Shown: positions 1 to 12,949, counted from the first letter of the stretch. The stretch is 64,000 nucleotides of DNA from Azolla caroliniana (GCA_043228905.1 JBHGNT010000012.1:18786001-18850000), one strand, 5' to 3'. Notes: generated from the sequence alone by a model not told the origin. Numbers and translations are program-made.

Positions 1-200
1 CCTTGCTCAGCATATCATGCAATCAATGTTGTCCATAATACCACATCTCGATTGGACATTCGGTTGAAAACATTTTGCACTTCCACTATATATCCACATT
101 TGACATACATATCTAGCAAAGCACTATGAATAAATAGATCTTCATCGAACCCTTTCTGTACATCTTCAAGATGGATTTCTTGACCAAATTCTACTTCCCT
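1..200 (-). pseudogene. PLS-class pentatricopeptide repeat (PPR) gene fragment
   Basis: Translation GQEIH...DLFIHSALLDMYVKCG...VFNRMSNRDVVLWTTLIA*YAEQG is a typical plant PLS-PPR motif run. There is an in-frame stop at 15-17 and the fragment runs off the window edge. Confidence 0.85.
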
Positions 201-532
201 TTTGGCTTCCAAACTTGTTGAATTTTTTGCTTTTATGCATGTCGTTATTACGTTAAGCATTAAGGCTCTTTAGTTAAGTTATGGTAATTTTTGCTTCCTT
301 TTTAGCTTCCAAAAGAGTTGAATTTTCTGTTTTTATACATGTCCTTAATTGTAACATTTTCTTGTATTTGCTTTCTATGAATAAAAGATACTCTTGAGTA
401 TCCTGTAGTTGCTTATTTAAAGTAGTATAATCCTCATCCTCCCTGAAGGTTGATCTATTCAAAGTTTTTAGTTCTTCGATTTGCTTTAATGCATTCATAT
501 AATCTTGCTCCTCAATGTCGTAAAGAAGGAAA

Positions 533-3261
533 ATGCCGCCCATTAAGAACAAATATTGGGATACATGTTGCCTCAATGTCGTAAGAAGTCAAACAGGAAA
601 TAGGAGTTGGAACTGTAAATTTTGCAACAAACATATGCATGGGTCAGCAACACGAATGATTGCTCATTTAATTGGAAAACCTAGCCATGGAGTAACGAAA
701 TGTACCAATGTCCCCAAGGAAATGTTGATTGACCTTACAACTTTGTATGGTAATTGTGGAAGCCAAGCAATTGGCGAAGAAGAAGATATAGTAGCAGAGA
801 TCAACTCATTCAACATGCCTGAACAAGGTATAGACACAAGCCTACAATAGGTGTCTTGATTACTAATGTTTAAATAATTGTAAATTATTTATCTTGAATT
901 TTTTTTCTTTTAGGTGTTTCTACCTCATGCTCGTCTACCTTTGTTGATGAAAGTCAAAGCATGTCATGTATGGGTGGTGGTAGTCGCCAACCATATCCAC
1001 CAGCAATTATAGTGAAACAACAACCGTTGCGTAAAGGACATGTGTTACAAATGCAAAGGAAACAACATGCAAACGTTATGGAGGTGAGATGTATCATTGA
1101 AGCAAATTTTGTCATTTAATCTATTAAAAACACCATGTTGGCGGAACATGTTAGAAGCTTTCTCTACAATTGGAGAGAAACATAATGGAGTCACATATAA
1201 TTACATGAGGACGAAAGGCTTGAAAAATGAGGTTATATCCTTGCAAGCAAAGTTAGAAAGGGTAAAAGGATCATGGCCCAAGTATGGTTGTTCTATATTA
1301 ACAGATGGATGGGTTGATGTTTCTCATAGGCAACTTGTAAATGTCCTCGTATCATCTTGTTATGGGACATTGTTCCTCAAGTCCATTGATTGTAGTCATG
1401 CTAATACAACACCAACAATTGATAGCTCTTGGTTAGCTGAAAGAATTTCAGAGGCAATTAGAGAAGTTGGTAAGGAAAATGTGGTCCAAGTCATTTCAGA
1501 CAATGCATCTAGTTGTGTCCGCATGGGGTCTTTGCTAGAATCAGAGTTCCCTAATATTGTTTGGACTCCATGTGCAACCCATTCTTTGGATCTACTTTTG
1601 GAGGACATTGGTCAGCTGCCTTGGATGAAAAGTATTATGTTGAAAGCAAATAATATCGTACGTTTTTTTTGCAAGAAGAGGAATGCTAGGAAAAAAAATT
1701 CTGCTCACAATAACCTCGCCATCTTGAGACCTTCTAAGACAAGGTTTGGTGTGATGTACCTTGTCATACAACGTTTGCTCAAAGTTTGGTATCCTCTTGA
1801 GCAAACAGTGGTGAGTGACATGTGGAGGTCTTGGTCACATTGCAATAAGCCAGATGCCATGAATGTAAAGAACTACATCCTTGATCCTACAACTGAGTCC
1901 TCGTTTCAAGTTGTTTTGACCCTAATGGCACCATTGTATAGTGTTTTACGACTTACTGATAGGGAGGGATCCACTATTGGTTTGTTATATGAGTTTATGC
2001 GAAGAAGCAAAGATGTTTTAGCAAAAGGAGTGGAAGAAAACATCCCCCACAGATCCAAGTAAATTTCATATTTATTTTAATTTTTTATGGTTTCCTAGCA
2101 TTAAACCTCCAAATGTTTTCTCATGTTTTAAGATCAGATCATTTTGTAATTACTAATACCCTTTTAGGTACGAAGATGTTTTGAAGTTATTTGACATACA
2201 ATGGAAATGGTTCAAGAGGCCGATCCACCTTGTAGCTCATTTGCTGCATCCGATGTGGAGAGAGGAGGCTACATTTATTAACCCCGAGTTAATGGATGCA
2301 TGGATGAGCTATACAGAAAAATTGTACTCGACACTTGAATGTGATATCTTATTTCGTGAATTGCATGAATATCGAAATGGTACAGGGACATTTAGCTATG
2401 CATTAGCACGTGAAGAGATATCTATGATGACGCCAGTCACATGGTGGGAAAATTTTGGTGGAAGAACTCCAAAGCTCCAAGCATTAGATGTCCGCATATT
2501 ATCCCAAGTAAGTGTCAAGTTTTGAAAAAATGATCAATTTTATAGTTAGGTTCTAAAATACTGCACTTTTGTGTACTACCTTTTATTTCATATTTTGTTT
2601 TCTATTAGGATTGCTCTTCTGGGGCAACAAAAAGGAATTGGAATGCACATGCTCTCGCACATACAAAAAATAGAAACAGACTAAAGGTAGCACAACTTGA
2701 ACGATTGGTATATGTGCGAGAGAACTTAAGGCTAGTTCGCAAGTTTGAGACTGTGAATGCATCTCCAATGCAGGTATTGTTTTATTCACTTCTTATAATT
2801 TACATTCCTCAAATTTCGTTAAGCTTTTATAAACTTGTTTGCAAGTGAATCCAAATGAGATAGATGTCTCTAAGACTCCTGATATTCCATCTATTAGCCA
2901 CGAGAATGATATGGATAGAGAATTCTATGAAACTTATTTTCAAGAAACAATGAGCATGAGAAGAATGACAAGGAGCATGACAAGATCACATATGACAACA
3001 TCAAGCGATGGAGTCCCTATTGATCGAATACGGAGGCAGAGGCCAAGAAGAGATGATGAGCGGTCTTCTTGTAATAGGAGAATAACAAGATCAAGTACAT
3101 TTGCTTCTTTACCACCAAATGATCAAGATAATGGCAATGGAATAGAAGAAGCAATTCATACAAATTATGATGATCTTACTGACGAAGAACCTATGTTGAT
3201 GTCATCAACTAACACTGAATCTGATGATGAAGATGGTGATTGTGATGAGGACGAGATCTAA
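533..3261 (+). pseudogene. hAT transposase (BED finger, DUF659-type catalytic region, hATC dimerisation domain), intron-containing and frameshifted
   Basis: WNCKFCNK...TRMIAHL (BED finger); GCSILTDGW, VVQVISDNAS, WTPCATHSLDLLLEDI and KTRF (DUF659/DDE region); PVTWWENFG..TPKLQ and RNRL..ERLVYVRENL (hATC). Candidate introns ~828-913, ~2059-2167, ~2508-2608 and ~2774-2845. Apparent frameshift near 1107. Confidence 0.9.
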
Positions 3262-3917
3262 TGACTAATATTTCTGATTTCTATACATTATTACTAAGCT
3301 CAATAGCCATATGTTACTTTTCTTTGATCTAAGCCCATTTTGATACATTGGAGTCTTGGACATAGCTCAAGTTATGTGTTCTTAAAAGTCAAATATCTGA
3401 TGTTATGTGTTGTTAAGGTTTTTTTCTAAATTTTGTTCCTACAATGCATTCTATTTCTTTGACAAAATGCAATGTAAGTGTATCTCAAATATTTGATGTT
3501 ATGTGTTCTGAAGGTTTTTTCCAAATCAAAAGATGTGGTCTTTTCTTCAATAGGTATGTTGCACTTCTTGTCAAAGTGTTGTTTTTGTCAAAAGTACGAT
3601 TTTTTTTGTAGAATTTTAGCTTGTCATGACTCATCATGTGAATTCCCTCAATCATGTGAGGGATATACAGTTTTTGCTTCGTGGCCTTGGCTGTTGTTGT
3701 AAATGCCCAACAAGTTTGAGTTTTTTTTTACCTAACAAATATCTATTTGATTTGTTGATTTGTATCCTTTTGATTCTCATATTTGCTCGATTTGCCCTTT
3801 AGTACTTTTAAGATGCAACTACAGCCATGGAATACTTCGTTACATTGCATATACACGGTTACAATATTACAATATTACAAATATTTTTTAAGAAAGTAAA
3901 TAAATTTCAAATTCTAG

Positions 3918-4085
3918 AAGTATTTAACGTATTTAACGTACTATACGTATTTTATGTATTTTATAGGTATTTAACATACTAAAAAACATATTTAACGTAT
4001 TTTAAAATTGGGAGGTACTATACCCGTATTAATACGTTAAATACATATGGTATCAGTACCGTACCTAACGTACCTAACAACCATG
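3918..4085. repeat. hAT 3' subterminal repeats and terminal inverted repeat
   Basis: Repeated TATTTAACGTA / ACGTAC / TACCTAAC units ending in CCATG. Confidence 0.75.
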
Positions 4086-7000
4086 CCATTGAGATGTATT
4101 TTTCGCAAATAAGCCAATAGCTTAGTTTCACCACTCAACAGATGACCGAACTTCGGCAATCTCAAAGTGCTCTCGAGGCACATGTCATTAGTCTACAACG
4201 TGAGACTAATAGACCTGATGAGCGACAGGGTGAACCATCGTTTGTCGTTAAGGCATTTACAGGAGAGAAAAAGGAAAGAACCGAAGAAGCAATCTGCACA
4301 TGGCTGGGCCGATGGGAGTCTCATTTTGAGCTTAAGTCAATCCGAAGAACATGAGGTATCTAAGCAACTCAAGGACTATTTACGAATGGGTTATATACGT
4401 TATAGTAAATCTCCATGGGGTGCACCAGTTCTCTTGGTTAAAAAGAAAGAGGGCACATGGTGTATGTGTATTAATTACCGACGCTTGAATAAAGTAACGA
4501 TCAAGAATTCATATCCATTGCCCCATGCTGACAATCTAATTGACCGTCTCTAGGGAGCTCGGTATTTTACGAAACTTTATCTTCGTATTGGCTACCATCA
4601 AATTCGTATAAGTGAGGACGATGTTCTTAAAACGGCATTTTGTACGCGCTATGGCCATTATGAGTTTTTGGTTATGCCTTTTGGTTTGACCAATGCTCCG
4701 GCTACATTTCAACAAGAAATGAATGACATTTTCCGAGAACAACTTGGAAAATTTGTCATTATTTTCTTGAATGATATTTTAGTTTATAGCCGTACATTAC
4801 AAGAACATGCTAAACATGTCCACTTTGTTTTACAAACATTGCGTGACAGACAGTTTTACGCGAAGATCTCAAAATGTGAGTTCTTCAAGAAATCAATTAC
4901 TTATCTTGGACATCTCATAACCGAACAAGGAGTTGAAATTGATCCTTCTTGCATCGAGAAAATCAAGCTTTGGCCCACTCTTCGGAATATTCGAGAAGTT
5001 CGATCATTCCTTAGTTTTGTCGGATTTTTGCGAAAATCCCTTCGTAATTACTCCCAATTGACGACGCCGTTTACTGATCTTTTAAAAGGTCAAACGCGTA
5101 AGTCTACAAAACCTACTGTCTGGAATGCTACACTAGACCTCGCCTTTAAGGAACTCAAGGACCTGGTATGCAAGGCTCCTTCACTTCTTTTACCCGATCC
5201 TTCAAAACCTTTTGAGGTTGAAACCGATGCAAGCGATTATGCTATAGGTGTTGTCTTATATCAAGATGGTAAACCAATAGCATTCGAGAGTAAGAAACTT
5301 GATTCTCCTCAATGTTGGTATACCGTTCAAGAAAAGGAATTATTTGTAGTTATACATGCACTCAAAACATGGCGCCATTATCTTTATGGAAATCGCTTTG
5401 TGATAACTACGGACCACGAGTCCTTGAAATATTTTTGTGACCAACAAGACTTGAAAGGTCGTAAGGCACGATGGGCTAACCTCATCTAGGACTTTGATTT
5501 TTCCATACGATATCGTAAAGGTTCCATGAATACTGTTGTTGATGCACTAAGTCGCATCCGTGAAGTTAACGTGCTTAGCTTCACTGAAATAACATCATAT
5601 CTTTATGATCACCTTCGAGGAAAGTATCCTAATGACAGTTATTTTGCAAAATACTGGGCAAGAGTTGAGTCTAGAACAGACACCACCACATCCTCGAAGG
5701 AATACTTCCACATTGCTAATGGTCTGCTCTACCGTAATGGGAAGGTTTGTATTCCATATTTACCCGAGGTCAAAAAGAGGATTCTTTTTTAATGCCATGA
5801 TGCACCCTCAGCAGGGCACCCTGGAATACATCGTACACTCATTCTCATCTCCACTCAATTTTATTGGCCTAAGATGTGTCCTGACATACATAGCTATGTG
5901 ACTAAATGTCACCAATGTCAGGTTAACAAAGCCGAGCGACTTAAAGCCGCAGGACTTTTACATCCCTCGGACATTCCCAATAATAAGTGGGAAAGTATAT
6001 CCATGGATTTTAATGTTAGCCTTCCATGCACCCAAAAAGGCCATGATGCCATCTAGGTTGTGGTTGATCGACTAACTAAAATGGCCAAATTTATTGCTAC
6101 TAAAACCACGGTAACAGCTCCTGAATTGGCTGACCAATTCGTTGACGAATTATTTCGTTTTTATGGGTTACCGATGGATATCGTGAGTGATCGAGATCCA
6201 AAATTTACTAGTGACTTCTGGACGCAAGTCTTTAAGAAGTTAGAAACTACGTTGAGCATGAGCTCCACGGATCATCCTCAATCCAATGGACAGACAGAAC
6301 GAGTAAATCAAATTATTGAGGACATGCTTCGAGCATATGTTGGTGCAAAACCAACAAAATGGGAACGTTATCTCCCAATTTTGGAGTTTGCTTATAACAT
6401 CTCCAAGCATACTTCAATGGGATATAGTCCTTTTATGTTGATGTATGGTTTTCAGCCACGAGCCCCAATTGATGTTAATATACATCATGATGAGTTGGGA
6501 AGTACGCAAAACTTTCTTCGGGATATGCAAGATATGTTGCATATTGCACGAGATAATATAAAAACAGCTCAAGATAGAGCGCATTTTTATGCCGATCATC
6601 ATAGGCAACCTCGTGTATTCAACCCTGGACAGAAGGTATTTTTACGTGTACCTCACAATTCTAAGACATTGTCTAAGGGTAAGTGCACTAAGTTAGCCCC
6701 ACGGTTTTGTGGACCATTTACAGTCCTCAAACGCATTGGGTCATCAGCCTATCGTCTCGCTCTTCCCGATGATGTTGGAATTCATCTAGTCTTTCATGTG
6801 AGTCGTCTAAAAGAACTTCTAGGTTCTGGCGACAATACAATTACAATTGAAACTCTGGTAACTTCTGAAGAATTATCTTCTAAACCACATGTGCCAGAAA
6901 GAATTCTCGATGTTAAAACAAAAAAATTACGTACTAAAGAAATCCGAGAATTTAAAATAAAATGGATGGATAAATCAATAAAAGATGCCACATGGGAACA

Positions 7001-7527
7001 TGAAAGTACTCTCAGAATTAACTCCCCTAACTTTCCATTGCAAGAGTGCAATGTTTTAAAGAGGGGGAGTATGTTACGGGCATGACCATATAATATCCCG
7101 TGGTGAGAATTTACCGTAGTATTCTATACACGTGGATAAGTGTGAGGGTTAAACGAGAGTGTAAAGAAGGGGAGGATTACTTTTAAATCCTCGGGATTGA
7201 GACAACCCATTAGGCCAAGTGTGAACATGGCTGGGGGCCTTGGGTATCGCTATAAATAGAGGCCTAGCTACCCTCATTTCATTATCTTGTTGACTACGTC
7301 GAGACTCTGTCTTGTGGTGGGTCAACTCTTGTAGCGAGCGCGCCAGCACCAGGTACGACTCGACGCCATGGCGGTGGTATGGGACGCCAATCGAGGCTCG
7401 AGTCCGTCTCGATCCCTTCGCTCGAGGGTGGTCGGGTGGATCGGCACCCTTCATTCTCTCTCTCCTTTCTTTCTATCTACCTAGATCTATCCTTATCTAA
7501 TGCTTACTTTAGTACATGTCTCTAATA
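4086..7527 (+). mobile_element. Ty3/gypsy chromovirus-type LTR retrotransposon, copy 1 (interrupted by the hAT, internally deleted, decayed)
   Basis: Gag remnant, RT ([26 protein letters not shown]), RNase H (ETDASDYAIG), integrase (SDRDPKFTSDFW, GPF) and chromodomain (PERILD...KIKW...DATWE). PPT AAGAGGGGGAGT at ~7059-7070. Near-identical to the copy at 45491-52513. Confidence 0.95.
7072..7527 (+). repeat. 3' LTR of chromovirus copy 1 (TG...TA)
   Basis: Starts TGTTACGGG right after the PPT and ends CTCTAATA. It is the reverse complement of the LTRs at 45491-45945 and 52059-52513. Confidence 0.9.
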
Positions 7528-7574
7528 CCCCATGAGAACAAGCAACCAACATTGATCGTTTAGAATTAAGAAAG

Positions 7575-7968
7575 TGTGTGGAATATCGCTCGGCCACAAT
7601 TGCATCACATCTTAAACACTCAATGGAAGAAATGGAGATTAATGCACTTGCATAGACGACAGAGAGGACACAAGATGTTTACGTGGAAAACCCTAATAGG
7701 GAAAACCCACGAGAGCCCACAAACTCCAACTATCACTATAAGGAGAAGATACAATGCGAGACTCAAAGGCAACGACCACAAGCCCTATGTCTTCGCCAAC
7801 CGGCGGTTACAACAAAAGAACTTCTTGTATCTCTCTCTCTCTCTCTCTCTCTCCATCTATCTTCTATCTATACAACAATAATGATACCAACAACTACCTA
7901 AAGTGATTGCCTAAAGTCATATTTATTCTTATATGACTTTAGGACTTTTTACATATATGGCCTTGACA
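7575..7968 (-). repeat. Copia-type LTR variant related to the LTRs at 9766-10289 and 42191-42782
   Basis: Shared blocks CGGCCACAA, ACACAAGATGTT.ACGTGGAAAA, CTCCAACTATCACTAT and (CT)n. TG...CA ends. No matching TSD. Confidence 0.7.
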
Positions 7969-7978
7969 GGCACACTAA

Positions 7979-10289
7979 AGTTCCGACGTCTTCAGCATAG
8001 TAAATTCGAGCCGGATTCCCTTTGAGCAGCAGTACTCCTCGAACTACCCCCGGTATTCCCCTCCGTTATCTGCTCGAACCGCCTTCAGCTTCCATCCAGT
8101 TTCTCTTTCCACTCTTGCGTGGAGCTCCTTGAAGACAGGTAACACCTGATCCTTCGTCTTCAACGGTGTGGCCCATAGCCTCCTACTGTGGTAATCTATG
8201 AACGGACCACAAAGTACTGCGCTCCGAGATGGGACTTCGTGTCCACTTGACACACATCGGTATGCACCAACTCCAATGGTGCATTACATCTCATCGATGG
8301 CCTTGATTGGAAGGAGGTCCGGTTTTGCTTACCGACTAGGCAGTCGGTGCACCTCTCAAGATGCATGTTCTTCACCGGAATGAGGTTGTCATCGGCAAGC
8401 CTCTTCATCCCCTTCACGCTCATGTGCAACAGTCTCTTGTGCCACAGCTCACCGGCAGTGTCAAAAGCCACATTCACTTCTTTCGAGCATAACCGGGCAT
8501 TCATCAGGTACAGTGTGTTGACCTTCCGGGCCCAAGCCACTATCAGGCTCCCTTTGCTGAATTTCATGACTCCGTTCTGGATGTTACCCATGTAGCCTTC
8601 ATCATCTAGCCGACCGGCTGATATCAGGTTCAGTCGAACCTCCGAAACGTGTCACACATCCTTCAGCAGCAGCTTGCATCCGGTTGGTGTTGTCAACCAC
8701 ACGTCTCCTATGCCGACAATTCGGCATGTACCTTCATTCCCCATCCGGACACAGCCCTGATCACCGGTTGTGTAGGATGAGAAGCATTTCCGGTCCGGGG
8801 TAAGGTGGAACGACACTCCCGAATCGACAACCCACGTTGTCTCGTCGCCGGCAAGGTTCAACTCACTCTCCTCGGTGATGAGCATCAACTCTTCTTCACT
8901 TGCCGCAATTGCCGTCGTTCCCTTCCGGTCTTTACTGTTCCGGTCCGGTGTCCGCTTCGAATTGGTACCGTCGATTTCCTTGTCTTTTCGGAAGTGCCGA
9001 CAGTTCTTCTGGAAGTGTCTCGGCTTGCCGCAATAGAAGCAAGTAGGCCTCCCCCTTGACTTTGACCGTGTCCCTGACTTTTCCCGGTTCTAGGGACTAC
9101 TGTTCCTTTGTCTTCCACGTTCCGATTCGGTAAGGAGCGCTTTGGAGTCAGAGCTCGTATCCTTGTCTTTCCGACGCGCCTCCTCATCTAGCAAGCTCGA
9201 CTTCACTCTTGCTAGGGATAACCGTTTCCCTTCCAGCCCGGCGTTGCCCTAACTGACAACCAACGTCTCCCAGCTATATGGGAGGGAACCAAGCAGGAGT
9301 AGTGCTAGTACCTCATCAGCGAGAGGTACTTCCAATGATGTTGCCTGGTGGATCAGCCCCTGGAAGGCATTCATGTGCTCTGCCATGTTGGAGCCATCTT
9401 GGTACCGGAGTCTTACTAGCTTCCGAAATACCGAAACCTGATTAACAACATTTTTGTTTTGAAACATAATGTTGATCTTCTCCCAGAGCTCATGAGCCTT
9501 ACTCTCTTCATTGAAGTTGTTGTATAGACTCATGTCGATGAAGCACCGCATGTACGCCGTTGTCTTCATGTGCATCACCTCCCATATCGTGGCATCGATT
9601 TTGTCCGGTCTCTTGTCCCCGAACTGAACCGGCAACCAAAGATTTTTAACCACGAGCATGTCTCTCATCTTCGACTTCCACACTGAGTAGTTGGAGCCGG
9701 TGAGCTTGAACATGCCTCCCAATTATTCGTCCATTTTTCTGTGTCGTTTCGCTCTAATACCAGTTTGACGAGAAATATGCGGAATAATCTCCGGCCACAA
9801 CCGAAGCGTAGATCACTTGATGACAATCAAACACAGAAGAAATGGGAATGGAGGTAAGTACACAAACAGAAAGAGAAATACACAGGATGTTAACATGGAA
9901 AACCTTGAGAGGGAAAAACCACGGGAGTCCACAGACTCCAAACTATCACTATGTCGAGGAGTACAACAAGGAGCACAGAAGCAACGACCTCTCGCTCACA
10001 ATCTTCGCCTGGTGGCGGTTACAACAGAGACATGTTCTATATCACTCTCTCTCTCTCTCTCAGTCTCTCTGTACAGTCGTTACACCAATAACACTATACA
10101 ATATATCTCACACCGTTTGCCCTAGGTCACATTTATACTAATATGACATTAGGACTATTTACAGATATAGCCCCAATAGGCTCTCAGAAATATATCTACA
10201 TATATGTCCCTTCATCCGATGAGAGGTTCTCACTGGGTCTTCCGATGTCGGGCCTTCGTATCCCATCCGGAGGGACCAAGATCTTAACA
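7979..10289 (-). mobile_element. Ty1/copia element A, truncated (5' LTR, PBS, gag, protease, partial integrase; RT and RNase H missing)
   Basis: Gag MFKLTGSNYSVWKSKM, protease WVVDSG, LWHKRL, LELVHTD and VRADNGGEY. PBS TGGTATTAGAGC (tRNA-iMet type) at 9751-9762. Internal region closely matches copia C. Confidence 0.92.
9766..10289 (-). repeat. 5' LTR of copia A
   Basis: On the minus strand it starts TGTTAAGATC and ends CGTCA, 3 bp before the PBS. Confidence 0.85.
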
Positions 10290-11463
10290 ATCATTACCCT
10301 ATGCTCACATATAAAGGTGAACATATACAATTTGTTCAAAACTTTAAATATCTTGGTATTGATGTACCCGCCACAAATAAATGGAATGCATGCTTTGATT
10401 CTAGACTCCAAGCCGGTTGGAAATCATATTACCTTTTGGAGAACCAATGCAACCAAAGAGATACTTATGGATGGGAAGTAAAATTAATGTTGTTCAATGT
10501 CATGGTAACTCAAGTATTGCTTTATGGAGTAGAAGTATGGGGTGACACCATCTCTCTTAATGCATGGAACGAGATTGAGAAAATTCAAAAGATGTTTTTA
10601 AGGAGGCAATTAGGAGTTAAATGCACTACCTCTTACCAGGTTATGCTCTTGGAAACGGGTGTTCGACCCATAGAACTATTGGCACTCCAAAGAGTATATA
10701 AATACATTACAAAAGTCAAGAATATGCCGAATCATCGATTACCACATCTTTCTTGGAATGTTGGGTGTAAGCTACAAAAGAATCATAAAAGTAAGGTTCT
10801 CTCATCCGGTTGGGTTGTTGACATAAAGAAATGGTTTAGAAGATGGGGTGTGGATGATCTTTTAGAGCTTTCAGGCAATGCTATGCAATATGTAATGATT
10901 GAGGAAAGGTTGGTGGGATCATTAAGGATGAAGTGGGAGGATGCTAAGAGGACAAAGCTAGAATATGACATTGCAAATGTCAACCCTGAATGTTGGTCCC
11001 AATATAAAGCAAGAATGTCTATTGATTGTATCCAACCTTATCTCATTACCAATATGAGTAGCAATGCTCGTAGAGCCCTTACACTACTTCGCCCTCGATC
11101 TCACAAGTTAGGTATTGAAGTTGCATCATGGTATCAAAATGTAACGAATTTGAAGACATGTAAAGTATGCAATGAAGGCATGGTAGAGGATGAATGCCAC
11201 TTGCTCTTCACATGCTCAACATATAGTGCAATTCGTTCAAGATATGTTGACGTACTAAGAGGGAGTGATAACTTTAGATTCATACTTAAGACACCACCTA
11301 GAAGGTTGAGCTCATATGTGTATGCTTTAACACATAGAGACTTTGTGCTTCGACATATGAATACCCCTTCTTAGGAAGGAGACATATATCAAGAACACAT
11401 GTATACTCTGGTCCCATAGGTCAAAATTGGCCTCTTTATGGATGATAAAAATTCTAATTCTAA
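10290..11463 (+). mobile_element. LINE (non-LTR retrotransposon) 3' half: RT thumb and C-terminal zinc finger
   Basis: 357-aa ORF 10301-11374 with VQNFKYLGI, LLYGVEVWG, SHKLGIE and CKVC...EDECHLLFTC..Y. 3' tail AATTCTAATTCTAA. Confidence 0.88.
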
Positions 11464-11469
11464 CATATA

Positions 11470-12120
11470 AAAGTTTCAGTCAACGCAATCAAGAGAAGTC
11501 ATGGGTGGATTTCTAAAGTTCAAAGGTGGAGGATGAGTTGTATGTGTGAAACATGCCAATTCAGAAAACAAAACCACCATCCATTATCAAAGGGCAACGA
11601 ACTCCTAGACATAACCTACATCAATGTTTGTAGTCTACCAAAATGGAAACGTACAGTGGATGTAGGTAATATGTCACCTTCATCAATGGTTGGTTTCAGC
11701 ATACAGGGTTCTAGCCAATGTCTACCCAAGAAAAACAAAGTATTTACTAATTTTGCCCACTTCAAAAATCTTGTGGAGAAAGAGAGCAACCTAAAGATAC
11801 GATGTGTACAATCCAATGGCAGAGGAGAATACTTCTTTGTTGAATTTACATCATACCTCTAGTGATCAAGAGTATGCCAACAACTCATGTTTGCATAGAT
11901 GCTACAACAAAATGGAGTTGTGGAGCAAAGGAATCGAAATAGAAAAGAGTGGCTTGATATTGACTAGAAGTGGTGGTTACAATAGTCTACTTGATCAATC
12001 AGTGTTGCCATTATACATGGTGTGACGTCAAATCAACAATACTATGGGAGGAAGCCAAATGTGTTACATTAGAAAATTTTCAAATGCATCGTGTATGTGC
12101 ATGCATGGGTTTGAAGATAT
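11470..12120 (+). mobile_element. Old copia integrase remnant
   Basis: CETCQFRKQ and FKNLVEKESNLKIRCVQSNGRGEYF, with many frameshifts. Confidence 0.75.
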
Positions 12121-12235
12121 GAGCAAATTACTAAGGGAAAATGTCAAAAACAAGGGGACATAGAGAAATTAAGATGGGATGAGGAATGTCTAGTATAGTC
12201 AAAATAATAATAGAAGTGGCGTTGTGTTTTATTCA

Positions 12236-12455
12236 TAGTATGTACTATGAACCATACGTACCATACGTGCATTCGCATTCGAGAATGTTTCAATCATTCG
12301 AGTATGGCAAACACCCTTGAAGTATGGTAAATATCATACTTTTGCATTCATTATTTATTATAAGGTGATTTTGTTTTTTGTTTTTTTTTAAACATACGCA
12401 TTTGTATGAAAAAGAATGTTTGCCAATGCATTCGAGTATATTACGTACTATGGTT
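12236..12455 (+). mobile_element. Short MITE-like dispersed repeat, copy 1
   Basis: Colinear with the reverse complement of 29395-29634 (ACCATACGTGCATT.GCATT, AAGTATGGTAAATA.CATACTTTTG, TATGAAAAAGAATGTTTGC). Confidence 0.75.
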
Positions 12456-12949
12456 TCATTAGTTCAGTTGGATAAGGTAAATGATTGTTAGAAGGAAAAG
12501 TGTAAGTTAAATTTTCACCGAGACCAAAAATATGACTTTTACCTTTCAAAATTATGATATTACTCAACCAAATATGTACATTGAACCATACACCATGCAA
12601 TGATGAAAAGGCATTCACTCCATTGAACAAGGGAGGAAAAAGAAGCGCGAAACCTCATAAAATAAGGCATAACCTGAATTTTTCTCTCTTGATGAATGGA
12701 GAAATTTTCAATTCCTTTTTCTTCAATTTTCTTAGGAATCTTCTTTTAAAACTTTTGAGATTAGGGTTAGGGTTCAAATGATTTTACTTCTTTTAGATTT
12801 AGTGTTGACAAGACTCCACAAGAGTTAGTGGTTAGTGGAGAGGAATCCATCAAAATGTGATCAAAAGTGTGATCCCATTGGGTTTGTTCCATGTATCTAG
12901 GTCATCCTTAGTCATATTTCTTGTAAGTTGTAGATTTTATAACCACTCT

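Larger units (their letters stand above)
1..4085 (+). mobile_element. hAT-family DNA transposon; 3' end visible, 5' TIR outside the window
   Basis: Transposase at 533-3261, AT-rich subterminal repeats at 3918-4080, and a terminus ...CCTAACAACCATG at 4085 after which gypsy gag sequence resumes. Confidence 0.8.

Noticed and set aside
274-576. 100-aa minus-strand coiled-coil-like ORF as a host gene
   Set aside because: No recognisable domain; it overlaps the hAT start and contains local duplications.
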